From Octopus vulgaris (lineage: Eukaryota), in NCBI GenBank assembly GCA_951406725.2, contig OX597816.1:122884001-122948000 (forward strand): DNA of 64,000 nt, given 5' to 3'. The position numbers and the translations under genes were made by a program. The notes beneath the pieces were generated by a model that was given only the letters and a program-made list of their open reading frames with translations, was not told the DNA's origin and did no database searches. Shown piece after piece: positions 14,340-27,543 of this stretch (positions are counted from its first letter, which is position 1; the number at the start of each line of letters is the position of its first letter).

Positions 14340-14720
14340 AAAAAAAAAACTTCTATAATTAAAAGAAATAGCTGTACCAACTGCTCAATCCTCACTAATT
14401 GTATAAGCAAGTCAAACATAGATTATCTTTGGAAAACAGTGTCTTTCATTTTGGTGGTGGGATGCATTGCAATCTTATAGTTTCACCAGAAATATGCAGA
14501 AGGAAAAGCCTAAAGTGTTCATGATAATGTTCATTGTGGCATTATTGTTATCCTCAGTCCTCTAAAAGTTAAAGTATGGTAGCCTGGCTACTCACATGAT
14601 ATTGAGCACTATGTACATCAGTGTTTCAAATGGGCAGAGATAAAATATTTCTAAGTGAAAAAGCCTTGATTATCATCAAAGTATTTTAGAATCCAGGATT
14701 TGTGTACACATGCATCATGA
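14340..14720 (+). pseudogene. Gypsy/Ty3 LTR-retrotransposon integrase remnant
   Basis: 14571-14639 translates KVW*PGYSHDIEHYVHQCFKWAE, matching the WWP...DIE..V..C..C integrase zinc-binding motif. Confidence 0.65.
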
Positions 14721-15680
14721 GACTAAATGCTGCTTATCATAGGAGATTAATTTTCAGAGTGGCCATTTGTGTTATTGTTGGTATTACCTGTAGTTTTCTT
14801 TTGAGATAGTGTTCCAAAGATTTTGGTGTCAGAAAATCCCCTCAAATATCTGGATATTGAGCTTTAATTTTAATCACTGAGAATTGGTGACAATTCTTAC
14901 AAAATGACCTCTTTCATTTTCACTCAAAGAGGTTTGTAGATCAAGTGACGTGATCTGTCAAAATAAAAAGTTAACAATATTCCCAACAAGAGGGAAATAT
15001 TTGAATGAATTTTGCCCTGACTATTGTACAGCTATCATACTATTCTTTCATGCTATCATGCTAGAGCAACCATCAGCAATGATAAGACATTAGCTTTATG
15101 CACTATTGAATATGTTATTTTAATAATGTTCAGCTGTGGTAAAAATAGATTATATTTTCTTATTAGAAATTGTGAACTTTGTGATGCAAACCAAGAACAA
15201 CGTTACTGTAATTTCTAGAAAGAAATTAAACTAAAATTGTTTTATGCTGATTACATCAGACATTTCCCATTTGAAATAGGAGAATGTTAGTAGTACCCAC
15301 GATGGTGTTGGCATTATGACTTTTGCAAAAATGATATATCTATTTTTGAAGTTTTAAAACTTTTAATTGCTTGATAACTCACTCTCGTACTGACCTCTTT
15401 TTCATTTTGAGTGAACAAGAGGTTTATCCTGGTGGTCAGTAGTCATGGAAAATATGACATGAAAAATATAAAAAAAATGATATGAATTTATAGTTGTAAC
15501 TGGTGAAGAATATAATAAACTCAAAGAAGTTAAAGATAAATATTGGTTTTGTTATTGATATATAAAGTGTATTTTTGTGGAAGTGGATTAAAAAATAAAA
15601 TTTGATGATTTTTAAACACTTTCAAAATATGGAGGCTTTACTTGTTTAATTAATAGAACTACGAGAGTATTTTGGTCAGC

Positions 15681-15707
15681 CTATGAACTTTTCAGCCAAC
15701 CCTTGTA
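15681..15707 (-). mobile_element. Solo mariner-like terminal inverted repeat
   Basis: Reverse complement is TACAAGGGTTGGCTGAAAAGTTCATAG (TA followed by a CGAGGG-like terminus); no partner TIR found. Confidence 0.45.
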
Positions 15708-17644
15708 AAGTAGATTACATTTACTTAAGACACCAAGTAGGCATATCAAACCAGAAACCTTGTAATTGAACTTAATTTCTTTACCACTTAGGGAAGAGCC
15801 TAAATAACTTGCATTAGAAAGGGTATTTTGCATAACCTGGTTATCAGGTGACAAAATGGGGGTAATCTTAAAAGAAATGTGTGAAATGATAGACTGTATG
15901 AACTTAGTAGACTTTACCAATAAATGCAAAAATAAAGAAGATATTATGGTGAAGATGAAGTAAGAAGTTGAAAGGAGTAGAATTATAGACGTTAGTAATT
16001 TCGACAAATGATAAGTGCATAAATATTTGCTGATAAGTGGAGGCTATTTAGAAACAACTTCAAAAATTTATAAGTTTCATGAAAGAGAAAAAGAAGTCTA
16101 TTGGAGAACTATATATCAACTCATGTGATTCTCAGTGATTTTTTTTTCTGATTTCATGTGCACTGGAGATCAAATAAACACTACTGGTGAATCTTGTATG
16201 GGTAGTTTAAAAATTGCATTAAATAGTAATATATTGAAAACATATAACAGAAATTGTTGCTTCTTTTGTTTTATTAACTCTATTTGTCTATAACAAAAGG
16301 ATAAAAAACATTCTGCAGTACACTCAAGCATTAATATAGACATTTGTATATCCTCAAATTATATATTTTAAATCTAAAGTACACCTAAATACACTTTTAG
16401 GTGTACTTGTACATCACTGTTTGAGAAAAATTGAAGTACACCATGAATTATTTTGCAGTGGAAGCAGAGTATCTGAAAACCCAACATATCAGTATCATAT
16501 GACAGGAATAGGAATATTAATTTAATGAAATTTCAAACTGAAGCAGGTAACTGAAATGTTTCAAATATGGGTCCCATCTTTCACATCTACATCCACTGTT
16601 TAGCAACGTTTCTCCTCAAACAGAAGTATACTAGCATCTTCTAAAACAGTCAATCGCATCCACTTTTGTCTTCATTATCAGGTATCTTCAGATCAATAGA
16701 ATGATATCCACTAAGTTGGAAAAAAATACCTTCTGGAATTACTAATTCAGTTCCTGTAAAGGAAGAAAGCATTCAGGTTACTCTACTACATTAAACTTCT
16801 ATTCTTTACCAATGAAGCCAAGCCAGGAATAGTCTTGTCAGACATGAAGAGAAAACAAAGTAACTAACAGTTCTGATGGCTATGGAAGAATAGAAGTTAA
16901 TAGAGGGCCTGCAGATTTAAAGTAAAAAACATTTTCTCTTTTTCTTTCTTGTCGACACAACGAAGCCATATAAAAATAACTTCATCAAAGCAAGCCATTC
17001 CACAAGAAATAAAATTGGCAATACTAAACTTTTAAAGGATGTAGAAAATGAAAAGAGCACTTGATAACAAGAGTGGTGGGTAATTAAAAATGTGTCAGAG
17101 CCAGATTGTGATGCTGGCAATATAAAGTGATCAAATTATACATTTTCTCTGGTTTTTTTTTGTTTTTTTTACCTTTTTTGATAATGTCACTAACAAATTA
17201 GAAGAACTAGAATGAAGTAAGAAGTAAACAACAAAAAACAAACTGTACTTTAAAATTCTACGTTATTTCTGTTTAGTTATAGTGGAAATGACACACATTT
17301 TTAAAAATCATCTTTCATAGCAGTTTGTGAACAATAGTGTAATTGGTAACAAATTTCCAATGAATCAACCACTAGTTCTCTGCAGTTTTGATTGTGAGAA
17401 TGACAGGGAGTATCTGTAACTTGATTCAAAGCAAATATTGCAAGAGACTTCATTCATAAAACACCTACTGCTTTGGTATTCTTGATGGTATATGTTGATT
17501 AAAGATACACACATAGATGCATACACACACACACACACAATGAAAATCTGCTTATATTTCTCCTGTCAAATATCCCTCAAAGTATATTAGTCAGTTCAAA
17601 GTTTTGATTCTGAGCAGAAGTTCAGATAACACACACATACACAC

Positions 17645-19201
17645 ACAACAGGCTCCTTTCATTTTCTGTCTGTCAAAGCCACTAACAAGGCTTTGGTTGG
17701 CACAAGGTTATAGTAGAAGGCACCTGTCCAGGGTTCCCTTGCAGTGGGATTGAACCCAAAACAACGTGATTAGGAAGGAAACTTTTGACCACACAGCCAT
17801 GCATATAAACTTATCAACTTTGTGTCTAAAATATCTGCTTGAGCTGTTCTCAAAGAAACAGAATTCCTACTTGAAGAATAGCTCAATGCCACAATCTTTG
17901 TCATAAATTCTACAGTACATTTATTCGACATTCATTCAACATCCATTGTTCTACATTCATTCAACAAAACAATTACAGAATCATTCAAAATACAAATCAA
18001 AAATATCAAAATACATATTGTGAAAGCTAACATAAATATACAACTACACAACTGAAATAATAACAACCCCAAATCCAACAAAAATATAAGAAATATAAAC
18101 AAACAATTACTACAACTATAGACACAAGGCCTACTCTCTTTTACTTGTTTCAGTCATTTAACTGTGGCCATGCTGGAGAACCACCTTTAGTCAGGGAAAT
18201 CGACCCCAGGACTTATTCTTTGTAAGCCTAGTACTTATTCTATCGGTCTCTTTTGTTGAACTGCTAAGTTACAGAGACGTAAACACACCAGCATCGGTTG
18301 TCAAACAATGTTGGGGTTACAAACACAGACACACAATCACACACACATATATATACATATACACGATGGGCTTCTTTCAGTTTCCATCTACCAAATCCAC
18401 TCACCAGGCTTTGGTCAGCCTGAGGCTATAGTAGAAGATACTTGCCTAAGGTGCCACGCAGTGGGACTGAACCCAGAACCATGTGGTTGGTAAGCAAGCT
18501 ACTTACCACACAGCCACTCCTGCACCTATAATTTTTTTTTTTTTGGGTTGGGGTGCTAGTCAATTACATTGACCCCATTTCTCATTGGGTACTTATTTTA
18601 TTGGCCTCAACAAGATGTAAGGCAAACTCGACCTTGGCAGAATTTGAACTGCGGACATAATAACTGACTGAATGCCACTAATCCTTTTGTCTGCTGTGCT
18701 AATTCTCCCAGCTCACTGCTTTAATAATAATAATGATAATAATCATAATAATTCTTTCTGCTATATGAAATTTGGGGAAGGGAATAGTCGATTGCAACCA
18801 TTCTCAGTGCTCTCCTGTACTTGTTTTATCGAACCTGAAAAGATGAAAGGTAAAGTCAACCACAGTGGAATTTGAACCCAGAATGTAGCCAGCATGCTAA
18901 TGATTCTACAAGCTTGCCACCTTAATAATAATAATAATGATTTCAAATTTTGGTACAAGGTCACCAATTTGGGAGGAAGGTATGTTGATTACATTGAGCC
19001 CAATATTCAACTGGTACAGAAAAGATGAAAGGCGAAGTTGACCATGGCAGAATTTGAACTCAAAATTTAGAGATGGGCAAAATGCCACTAAGCATTTTGC
19101 TCAGCATGCAAACTATTCTGCCAGCTCACTGCCTTAATACTACTACTACTAATAATAATAATGATAATAATAATATACTAATAATAATGATAATAATAAT
19201 G

Positions 19202-19246
<45 letters not shown>

Positions 19247-20052
19247 GTAATAATAAATGCCCTGATGCTGTACCAGGCAGTGGCTCTCATGGCTTCTGAT
19301 CTTAACTGATTGGAAGTATTATCATGTACATTGTTTTGTCTTGGTATAAAAGATGGGCCACAGCAAATATTCTGCTCAATACCACAGATTTGCTTGTCAG
19401 TTGTTTGACTTTAACCATTTGAGCATGTCCCTTAGTGGCTGACGATATGTGCATCTCTGATCACGAGCAGAAGTAGTGGGGGAGCATCATAGCCATGTGT
19501 TGAGAGAGATTCTTTGGGGTTTGAATAATTCACATCTGGAAACATGGGTGGTTCTTTCAACATCCTTAGACAACCCTTATTCAGGGACCTTTTGAGCGGG
19601 ATGGGCTACTCAACCTGAAGAAAATTCTAACTGGGCCCCACCTGCAAGGTCATGTGCTGTTTATCTTGATATGAGATCACCATGTCGCGCACATATGGTT
19701 GTGATGCATGTGCCTGGTGTACTCTTATCAGACGGGTAGTCATGATGGGTATATTGGGCTTCGTATATTTTACCCCAGTGTCACTTTGATGGCATGAACT
19801 GCTCTCTCACTCAATAGTAATAATAATAATAATTATAAACCTTTGTACTATAGGTGCAAGGCCTGAAATTTGTGGGGAGAGGACCAGTCAATTATATCAA
19901 TCCCAGTGTTCCACAGGTACTTAATTTACTGCCCCTGAAAGGATGAAAAGCAAATTTGAACTTGGTGGAATTTGAACTCAGAATGTAAAAACAGACAAAA
20001 TGCCGTTAAGCATTTTGGCCAGTGTGCTAACAATTCTACCAGCTCGCCACCT
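17645..20052 (-). mobile_element. Cluster of about 6 SINE copies separated by (AAT)n tracts
   Basis: GAATTTGAACTC and GGGACTGAACCC B-box complements and AAGGCAAAGTCGACC-like cores recur, all on the minus strand. Confidence 0.75.
19257..19815. mobile_element. About 560 bp non-coding insertion in an (AAT)n tract
   Basis: A higher-GC, unique-looking block bounded on both sides by (AAT)n, with no TIR and no ORF. Confidence 0.5.
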
Positions 20053-20065
20053 TAATAACAATAAT

Positions 20066-20170
20066 AACAAGAGCACTCAGAGAGCACAAACCTCCACCAA
20101 TGCAACACCAATGTCCTCCCAATGATTAACTGGAGATGATTTTTAAAATGAGAGCATCTGAAATAAAATC
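20066..20170 (-). mobile_element. 3' end of a Helentron-associated (HINE/DINE-like) element
   Basis: Minus strand TTGGTGGAGGTTTGTGCTCTCTGAGTGCTCTTGTT: sub-TIR plus terminal stem-loop. Confidence 0.6.
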
Positions 20171-20579
20171 CTTCAATGAATATCATGAGACCTTTTGGCT
20201 TTCCCTTCTCTTAAATTCCGGTCTTCTTTCAGATGGATGTATAGCATTATGTATATATGTCAGTATACTGTTAAGTGTTAAAATGTATGTATAATCCCCT
20301 AATATAATAATGGGTGCTGCCTTTTTATATATTTGTATATGTATATATTTGTATATGTATATATTTGTATATATTTACTTCTAGTATATGGATAAAATTT
20401 TCTTAAAAATTTTTATCAGCTGCCAACATATGAAAAATACCTTTTAAGGTGAAAATTATAAATACAATTATAAATAAGGGTAAAAAGAAACTGTTGTGGT
20501 TAGATGATTTAGCATCTATTTTTCAGCATATTGGCAAAGAAACTTTTTCCTCCTTATTTATGATTATATTTGTATATAG

Positions 20580-20745
20580 AGAGAATTCAAAAAACAAAAG
20601 AAAAAATGATGAAGACAGGTGGTGTAGACAACAAACAGATATATTTGCTTGGGAAGTGAAAATATCTTTAACGTTTCGAGCCTACGCTCTTCCACAGAAA
20701 GGAACACAGAGAGAAACATGGGGAGAAAATATATTTGTATCAACT
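20580..20745 (-). repeat. Inverted Penelope pseudo-LTR with minimal HHR (20665-20702)
   Basis: The reverse complement contains CCTTT-CTGTGGA-AGAGCGTAGGCTC-GAAACGTT-AAAGA and is homologous to 23060-23250. Confidence 0.8.
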
Positions 20746-22462
20746 CAATGGCACCTCCTTCTATTCCCTCTGCCCTCTAACCCCACACGTAGCTACCAAC
20801 AGACGGTATCCTCTACTGTCCGCGACCTCATCTCGTCCTCCCGTCTCCCCCGCACCGCATCCAACCTAATTGTGCGAACCCCACGTACCCCCACCATTTA
20901 CTTCCTCCCCAAAATCCACAAACCCAACAACCCTGGCCGCCCCATCGTCTCCGCCTGTAACTGCCCCACGGAGCTCATCTCTAAATACCTCGACCGTGTC
21001 CTTGCCCCCCTAGTGGCATCTCTTCCCTCCCACATCCACGATACCAACCATGCTCTCCGGCTTTTCAACTCTTTCTCCTTTCCTCCCGGCTCCTCCAAAA
21101 TCCTTTTTACTATGGACATCCAAAGCCTCTATACTGTTATCCCTCACCACGAAGGACTGCAGGCCCTTCGACACTTTCTTGACCTCCGCTCTAACCCTGT
21201 ACCTGACACCTCCACACTCATTCGTCTGGCCGAACTTGTCCTTACTCTGAACTGCTTCTCGTTCGCGGGCGAGTTCTACCATCAGGTCTCGGGAGTGGCC
21301 ATGGGAACGCGAATGGGCCCCAACTATGCGAACCTGTTCGTTGGCTATGTTGAGGCCCAAATATTCTCTAATTTCACTGGTCCCACTCCTGAACTATATG
21401 GTCGTTACATTGACGACATTATCGGTGCCACCTCACTCTCCCGTGAACATCTAGATTCCTTCCTCTCTTTCGTCCAATCTTTCCATCCAGCCCTCCACTT
21501 CACTTCCACTATCTCCAACACCTCTGTCTCCTTCCTCGACATTTCGGTTAGCATTCTTCACTCCACTCTTACCACCTCCATTCACTACAAACACACGGAC
21601 TCACACTCATACCTCAACTTCTATTCCTCCCACCCAGAACACACCAAGCTTTCCATCCCCTATTCCCAATTCCTCCGTCTACGTAGGCTCTGTAGTGACG
21701 ACCATGACTTTGAGACTCAGTCTCAACGTATGGCTCACCACTTCACCCTACGTGGATACCCCCTCACCACTATCCACACCGCCCTTGCCAGAGCACGGTC
21801 CGTGGACCGTGTATCTGCTCTCTCTCCCCGAACCCGCCCTGTAGTCTCCCGCCTCCCTTTTCCCCTCACTTACCACCCCACGACCCTATGTCTCCAACGC
21901 ACCATTCTTCGAGCTTTCCGTCATCTCCAGTCCGACCCGTCCACTTCACACCTCTTCCCTAACCGACCCCTCCCCTCTTTCAAACGAGCCCACAACCTTC
22001 GAGACCTTTTGGTCCATAGCTCCTTCCCTGACCCTACCTCCCAACCCGGCTCGTTCCCCTGCTCCCGCCCACGTTGCCGCACTTGCCCTTACCTCTCCAA
22101 CACCACCCGCCTCACTAGCACCCACCATCGACCCTATCCCATCATCCACTCCTTCACCTGCACCTCCAGCAATATTATCTATTGCGTCTCTTGCCTCTCT
22201 GCAATTCCTTGTACATCGGACAAACGGGACGCCGCTTGGCTGACCGGTTCGCGGAACACCTTCGTGACATCCATCTTGCGAACGACACACCGGTCTCACG
22301 TCATTTCCGCTCCACCGGTCACTCCTTGCAACACCTATCTGTGTTCGGTTTGTCCTTACACAGAGGCCATCCGGATTCCCGTTTGCGCTGTGAACAGGAA
22401 TTAATCTTCTCTCTTCGCTCTTATACGCCATTTGGTCTCAACTCTCCCCCCTCCTCATCTAA
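20745..22462 (+). pseudogene. 5'-truncated Penelope-like (Neptune-type) reverse transcriptase + GIY-YIG endonuclease
   Basis: Motifs YFLPKIHK, GRPIVS, MDIQSLYT, GVAMGTRMGPNYANLF, RYIDD, FLD, SQFLRLRRLCS, CSRPRCRTC and NIIYC. After a frameshift at about 22195 it continues LYIGQTGRRLADRFAEH...EQELI...GLN. Confidence 0.93.
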
Positions 22463-22670
22463 CCCCCTCTCCCCCTCCTCACCTATCCTTCCCCCCCGAC
22501 CCCTACTTCTTCAGTCCTTCATCCTTTCACCCCTACTCCCCTTCCCTTCTTCCCTCTTTCTCCCTCCCTCCTTCCCTCTTCCCTCTGCTCCCTCACTCCC
22601 CTTCTCTCTCCCCTCCCCCTCCTCTCCTCTTCTCCCTCTTCTTCCCCTCCCCTTCCCCCTCTTCTCTTCA
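22445..22670. repeat. Polypyrimidine (C/T) tract, G-rich on the minus strand
   Basis: Almost pure C/T with many CCC runs. Confidence 0.85.
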
Positions 22671-22711
22671 CTACACCACACGACTTTACACATCACATCA
22701 TATATGATGTG

Positions 22712-22945
22712 CCATACTAATACATACACCAACTAATACATACTAATACGTACTAATACATAATAATACATACTAATACATACACCAACCCTATACATAC
22801 ACACGTCCAGACCCCTCATACGCACTTATACTCTCTCATACACACACACACACTTATACATACTAATACGTACTAATACATACTAATACATACTAATACA
22901 TACTAATACATACACCAACCCCTACATACGCCTGTCCAGACCTAT
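22712..22945. repeat. (TACTAATACA)n minisatellite in two duplicated blocks of the Penelope 3' UTR
   Basis: 10-mer tandem arrays, each followed by CACCAACCC...GTCCAGACC. Confidence 0.85.
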
Positions 22946-23059
22946 CCTAGGGTCATCAACCCTATTATCAACCCTATTATCTCCCCTTATTTCGCTCTCG
23001 CGTCTCATGTTTGATCTTTGACCTCTGGCCGAAATCAGATCGCCATGTTGATTCGTTAG

Positions 23060-23250
23060 TTACTGCACGCATTTTTTTCTCTCCTTCTTTCTGTGTTTTT
23101 TTTCTCTCTGTCTATCTTTCTGTTGAAGAGCGTAGGCTCGAAACGTTAAAGACTTGTTTTATTTATATTTCCTGAGCGCCATACTAATACAATTGTTTGT
23201 TTGTTTTCCACCTGCCTTCGTCTTTTGTCTATTTTCATAAAGCTTCCCGT
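23060..23250 (+). repeat. Penelope 3' pseudo-LTR with minimal HHR (23115-23152)
   Basis: TCTTT-CTGTTGA-AGAGCGTAGGCTC-GAAACGTT-AAAGA; ends in (TA)n. Confidence 0.8.
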
Positions 23251-23281
<31 letters not shown>

Positions 23282-23736
23282 GACCCAGAGTGAGAGGTGA
23301 AGGTAGAGGAGATAAATGACAAAGAGAGCATCGTATGACTGAGAAAGGAAGGGGTGATAGATAAATAATGAAGGAAGGAGTGAAAAAGCCAATAAACAAC
23401 ATTTGAAGTGTGAAAATATGTGTATATAAAAGTGAGGTATGTTTGTGTGTGTGTACAATGGAAATGGGATGGTAATGTTCAATGCTGAAAATGTGTGTGT
23501 ATGTGTGTACAAGAGAACTATGTGAAACTTTACATATACATATAAAGAAAATATAAAAAACTAGCAGAGGCACTTGGCACTGGCCAGGAATTAAATTTTT
23601 CCTTAGATATTGGAAGAAAAAAGCAAACTATGCTGTATAGAAATTTGTTATTGTTCAATTGGGATACAATTTATTCTTTAACTGGGAAATCAATTCTGAA
23701 TTCATAACACAAAAGAATAATAATAAATATAATATC

Positions 23737-23798
<62 letters not shown>

Positions 23799-23859
23799 TG
23801 CAAAATTTACCACTTTTATGAAAGGAGATAAATTCTACCACATATGTTGAAGGAAATTA

Positions 23860-25100
23860 TGTAAGAGCTTCTGGGTAAACAATATTCTTTGTTTTCTGGT
23901 TTGGAGCATAAACAAATAAGTCTTGCAAATTACCTACCCTGGAGCAACCAACCAAGTTGACTATGAGAAATACAAGCCAGTACATTTCAAGAATTGACCT
24001 TGATCTTTATGAATAGACATTGCGAAATGAGGTTGCCCTGGGAATTGCGTTCGTTTGAACCAAAAGGGCATGTCTGTTGATTTGATTGTAATTCTTGGAA
24101 CAGAGGCACATCCAGTGATGATGGCAGCTTCTGTCATATTGGTTGACAATGTCTTCACAATCAACCTTGTCCAATCGCATAATTTTGGAGGATCTAAATT
24201 TCTTAGAAGCATTATTGGGAATCCTACCTTCAGAAAAGTTTATGTGGTGGAATTCCAGGTGGCTCCAGAGAATTAATGAACTCTGTTGGGTAATGGACAG
24301 CTTGATTTTCATCAAGGACTGAATCAACTGATTTGTACTACTTCATGACAGTTGGAATCTTATTCATTAATTCATGGTTAATTCTTGCTACTGTGTCATT
24401 TTTTTAGAGTATGAATTGCCCCTTCACACAACCATTTACGTGAATTATGATTATTACTTAAGTCTGAGGAATTCTCCATGATAGCAATATGAGGCAAACT
24501 GATATGACCAGTCCCATCAAATGGTACTTTCCTATTTTGTAACTGGAGGAGCCAGGTTGAAAAATGTTTTGCTCATTGGTTCCCATGTAATAAAGCTTGC
24601 CCGTTAGCATTGAAGTTAGAATTTCAGTACTTTATTCCATAGATGTGAAGATTTAATGCATGCTTTTATCTCATCAGATCTTGTTTGTCTCAGAATGACT
24701 GGTAATGTCTGTCTGAAGTCTCCTGATGAAACTAATGTAACTCCTCCCATTAATATATTGTTGCCTCTGATGTCCTGTAAGGTCTTACCAAGAGCTTCCA
24801 TCGCACCTCTATGTGACATGGTGCATTCATACCAAATGATAATGTGGTATTGGCACAACACTGAACCTGAACCTTTGCCTATGTTACAAATTAGACTGTC
24901 ACTTGTGACCAGGTTTAGTGGAAATTTCAAAGCAGAATGAGCTGTTCGTCCTCCTAGGAGAATGGTGGCAGCAAAGGCAGACAATGGTACAGCAACTGCA
25001 TTTTTTTTTTGTGTCCTACTTTGGAGAGAAGCAATGTCACAAATATTTTACCTGTGTCACTAGGAGCATCAAGAAAGGAAACTGCTCTGCCTTTTTCTGA
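23860..25100 (-). pseudogene. Helitron Pif1-family helicase, frameshifted
   Basis: Motifs FLDAPSDTGK (Walker A), GGRTAHS, IIIWYECTM, GDFRQTLPV, MLLRNLDPPKLC, FKRTQFP and FAMSIHKDQGQ. Confidence 0.9.
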
Positions 25101-26220
25101 CGATTGTGGAACGCTGCAGGCACACACACACAGGTACATATACATACAGTATCAAACATCAGATGAAATGGACGTGTGTGTGAGAGAGAGTGAGTGGAGG
25201 TGTATGTTGTCATATATACGTACATACATAAATAAATAGGCATACATCGTTCTTGTATGAATGTGTGCGTGAGAGAGAGAGAGAGTGCCACTTAGACATC
25301 ACTCTCTCTCTCTCTCTGTCACACACATACATACATACATATAAAAAAGATGTATGCATATGTATTTATGTATGTACGAATAAATGACAACACAACCCTT
25401 CACTCACTCACACACCATACATAAATGTATACAAACGTAAATACAAAAACAAGTGTGTGCATGTGATTCAGGAATATGCATAGAGCTGAACACGGCGTGA
25501 AAAAGAAAATAAATGTTTTAAATCTTTGCGTAAATTAACTTTGTGTACGAGTTCCAGCAAAATAATGCCCATATTTTTTGGGCGTCCCGTGTTGAATTGC
25601 AAAATTTAAACCCGATATTTGTATAATAAAGAAATCAAACCTGGAGTATGTTGGGAGTGTGTGTGTGTGTATGTGAGAGAGAGAGAATTTTACAAACAAT
25701 GAATGAGATGGACATGGAATGAAAAAATTCGTATAAATAGAAACACGTTGAAAACTATCTTGTACTAAATATTTAAATTTGTGAACTTAGTAAATAATTC
25801 AGTAATTTATCGTAGGTGTTTACAAATAGCGAATTAAAACTTGAGAAGAAAATATTAAAAATTAAACAGGGACAGACTTGGCCAGTTTTATGTCAATACC
25901 GGAAGTAGACATTGAGAAACTTTTTTGAAAGTAGTGAATGTAATATAATATTCCAAGGTATATTTGTAGAAAATTTCATTTAAAAAATATCCATTTTCTT
26001 GAAAGTGAAGACGAATTGAAGTAGACTCCGGGGAATTTTCAGAAATTCCCCCACCCCTCCTTCGAAATGGACATGATACAACGCATATTCGTAAGAAATT
26101 TTATTTAAAAATATCCATTTTTTTGAAAGTTATGATCATAGAAATTTGGTGGAGGCGGGGATAGAAATCTTTAGATATGCCAAGAAATTTGATATTTTCT
26201 TTCTACACATGGTTATATCA

Positions 26221-26617
26221 TCTTTATATATAAAAGTGAGGTTGTGTGCTGTCTGTCTCCTACGATTTAGATTCCTAACTACTCCCACATTTTGCGGTGC
26301 AGTTTAACCAAAACCGGGTATCTTATAGTCGTGATTCATATCGAGCCCTTCTGGGTATTAGGGCGCGTCTACGATGAGTCTACGATTAAAAAAAAAAAAT
26401 TACCATTAATTTTTCCCATTTTAATGCATTTTTGGCATATATAAGGGAAGTAACTCTCTAAAAGTTTATTATTAAATCTCAGAACGTAAAAAGCTACAGT
26501 AACATCCACCCCCTTTGTGGTTAACCATATTGAGTTGGCTATTATACTTTACATCTCTAAAAATGCTTATATAGTTATTTCCCTTACAAACCCGAGCAAC
26601 GCCGGGCGATACTGCTT
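26221..26617 (+). mobile_element. Non-autonomous Helitron nested in the larger Helitron
   Basis: A|TCTTTATATATAAAAG start; CCCGAGCAACGCCGGG hairpin plus CTGCTTG (CTAG variant) end. Confidence 0.75.
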
Positions 26618-27345
26618 GTCATGTATACAGAAATGCACGAGTGCAGAAAATAGTAAACAATGAAAATAACTTGTTAACGGAAATTATGTTTCTTAATACG
26701 ACGGGCAGAAAGTAAATAAATTTTAATGAAAAATAAAGTATTGTACGGGTTGAAGCGAAATTTATCACTCAGTGCAGCAAAGAGCCAGTATCGAAGGAAC
26801 CGGAAAGAAACAGTCAACAACAGAAAAATACGAAACCGTACGGATTGAAGTGAAATTAATGAAGATACTTCTGTCAGTAAATTATGAAATTACTTACTTC
26901 AGTAACAGTGAACTTCTTTCTGCCAGTAATTTGTCGTTTGTTTGTAAATAGCGATTCAAAATTTTGACTTAAAGTGAAAAACAATAACATGAAAGTAAAA
27001 CAATGGCGTATGAAAATTGAAAGTGAAAAGAATAGCTTCTGAAAAATGAGGGTGAAAACAAGAGCTATAGATAGAGAGATAGTGATAGATAAAGAGAGAT
27101 ATATTACGTCACTGACGGTAGAAAACCGTAAGTAAATATATTTAAAAATCGTTGAAAGATGTGAATGTAATATGAAAAGAAATTTTTTTTATTTTTTAAA
27201 TATTTTAATAAAAAAAATCAAATGAAGACCCTATTATATGTCGGAGCTCAAATTATTCATGCACCAGAAGTATGGGAGTAATTAGTGAAGCCGTTTTCAC
27301 ATTAAAAGTGAATATGCACACATCTCTATTTTATATAATAGAAGA

Positions 27346-27543
27346 TAATCCAGTATCCTTGTCTGGTACCGGATCAATCCCAAAATCTAATGAGACTGTG
27401 CTAGTCACAAGGCCAAACATCCCTGAAAGTTTCATCTGAATGCACCCAATGGTTTTTGAGATATCCTGTCCATGGACAAACAAACAAACAAAGAAACACA
27501 AATGAAAACAATACCTCTGCCTTCGCATAGGTGGAGGTAATAA
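27346..27543 (-). mobile_element. 5' part of a HINE/DINE-like element
   Basis: Minus strand TTATTACCTCCACC...GGCAGAGGTA, (GTTT)n, GGATATCTCAAAAA and GATGAAACTTT. Confidence 0.65.

Larger units (their letters stand above)
23561..27345 (-). mobile_element. Internally deleted Helitron
   Basis: The minus strand starts A|TCTTCTATTATATAAAA at 27345 and ends with a GC-rich hairpin-like segment then CTGCTAG|T at 23561. Contains a Pif1 helicase remnant. Confidence 0.75.

Noticed and set aside
20449-20744. N-terminal ~100 aa of the 651-aa ORF
   Set aside because: Chance read-through of AT-rich flank and the inverted pLTR; not Penelope protein.
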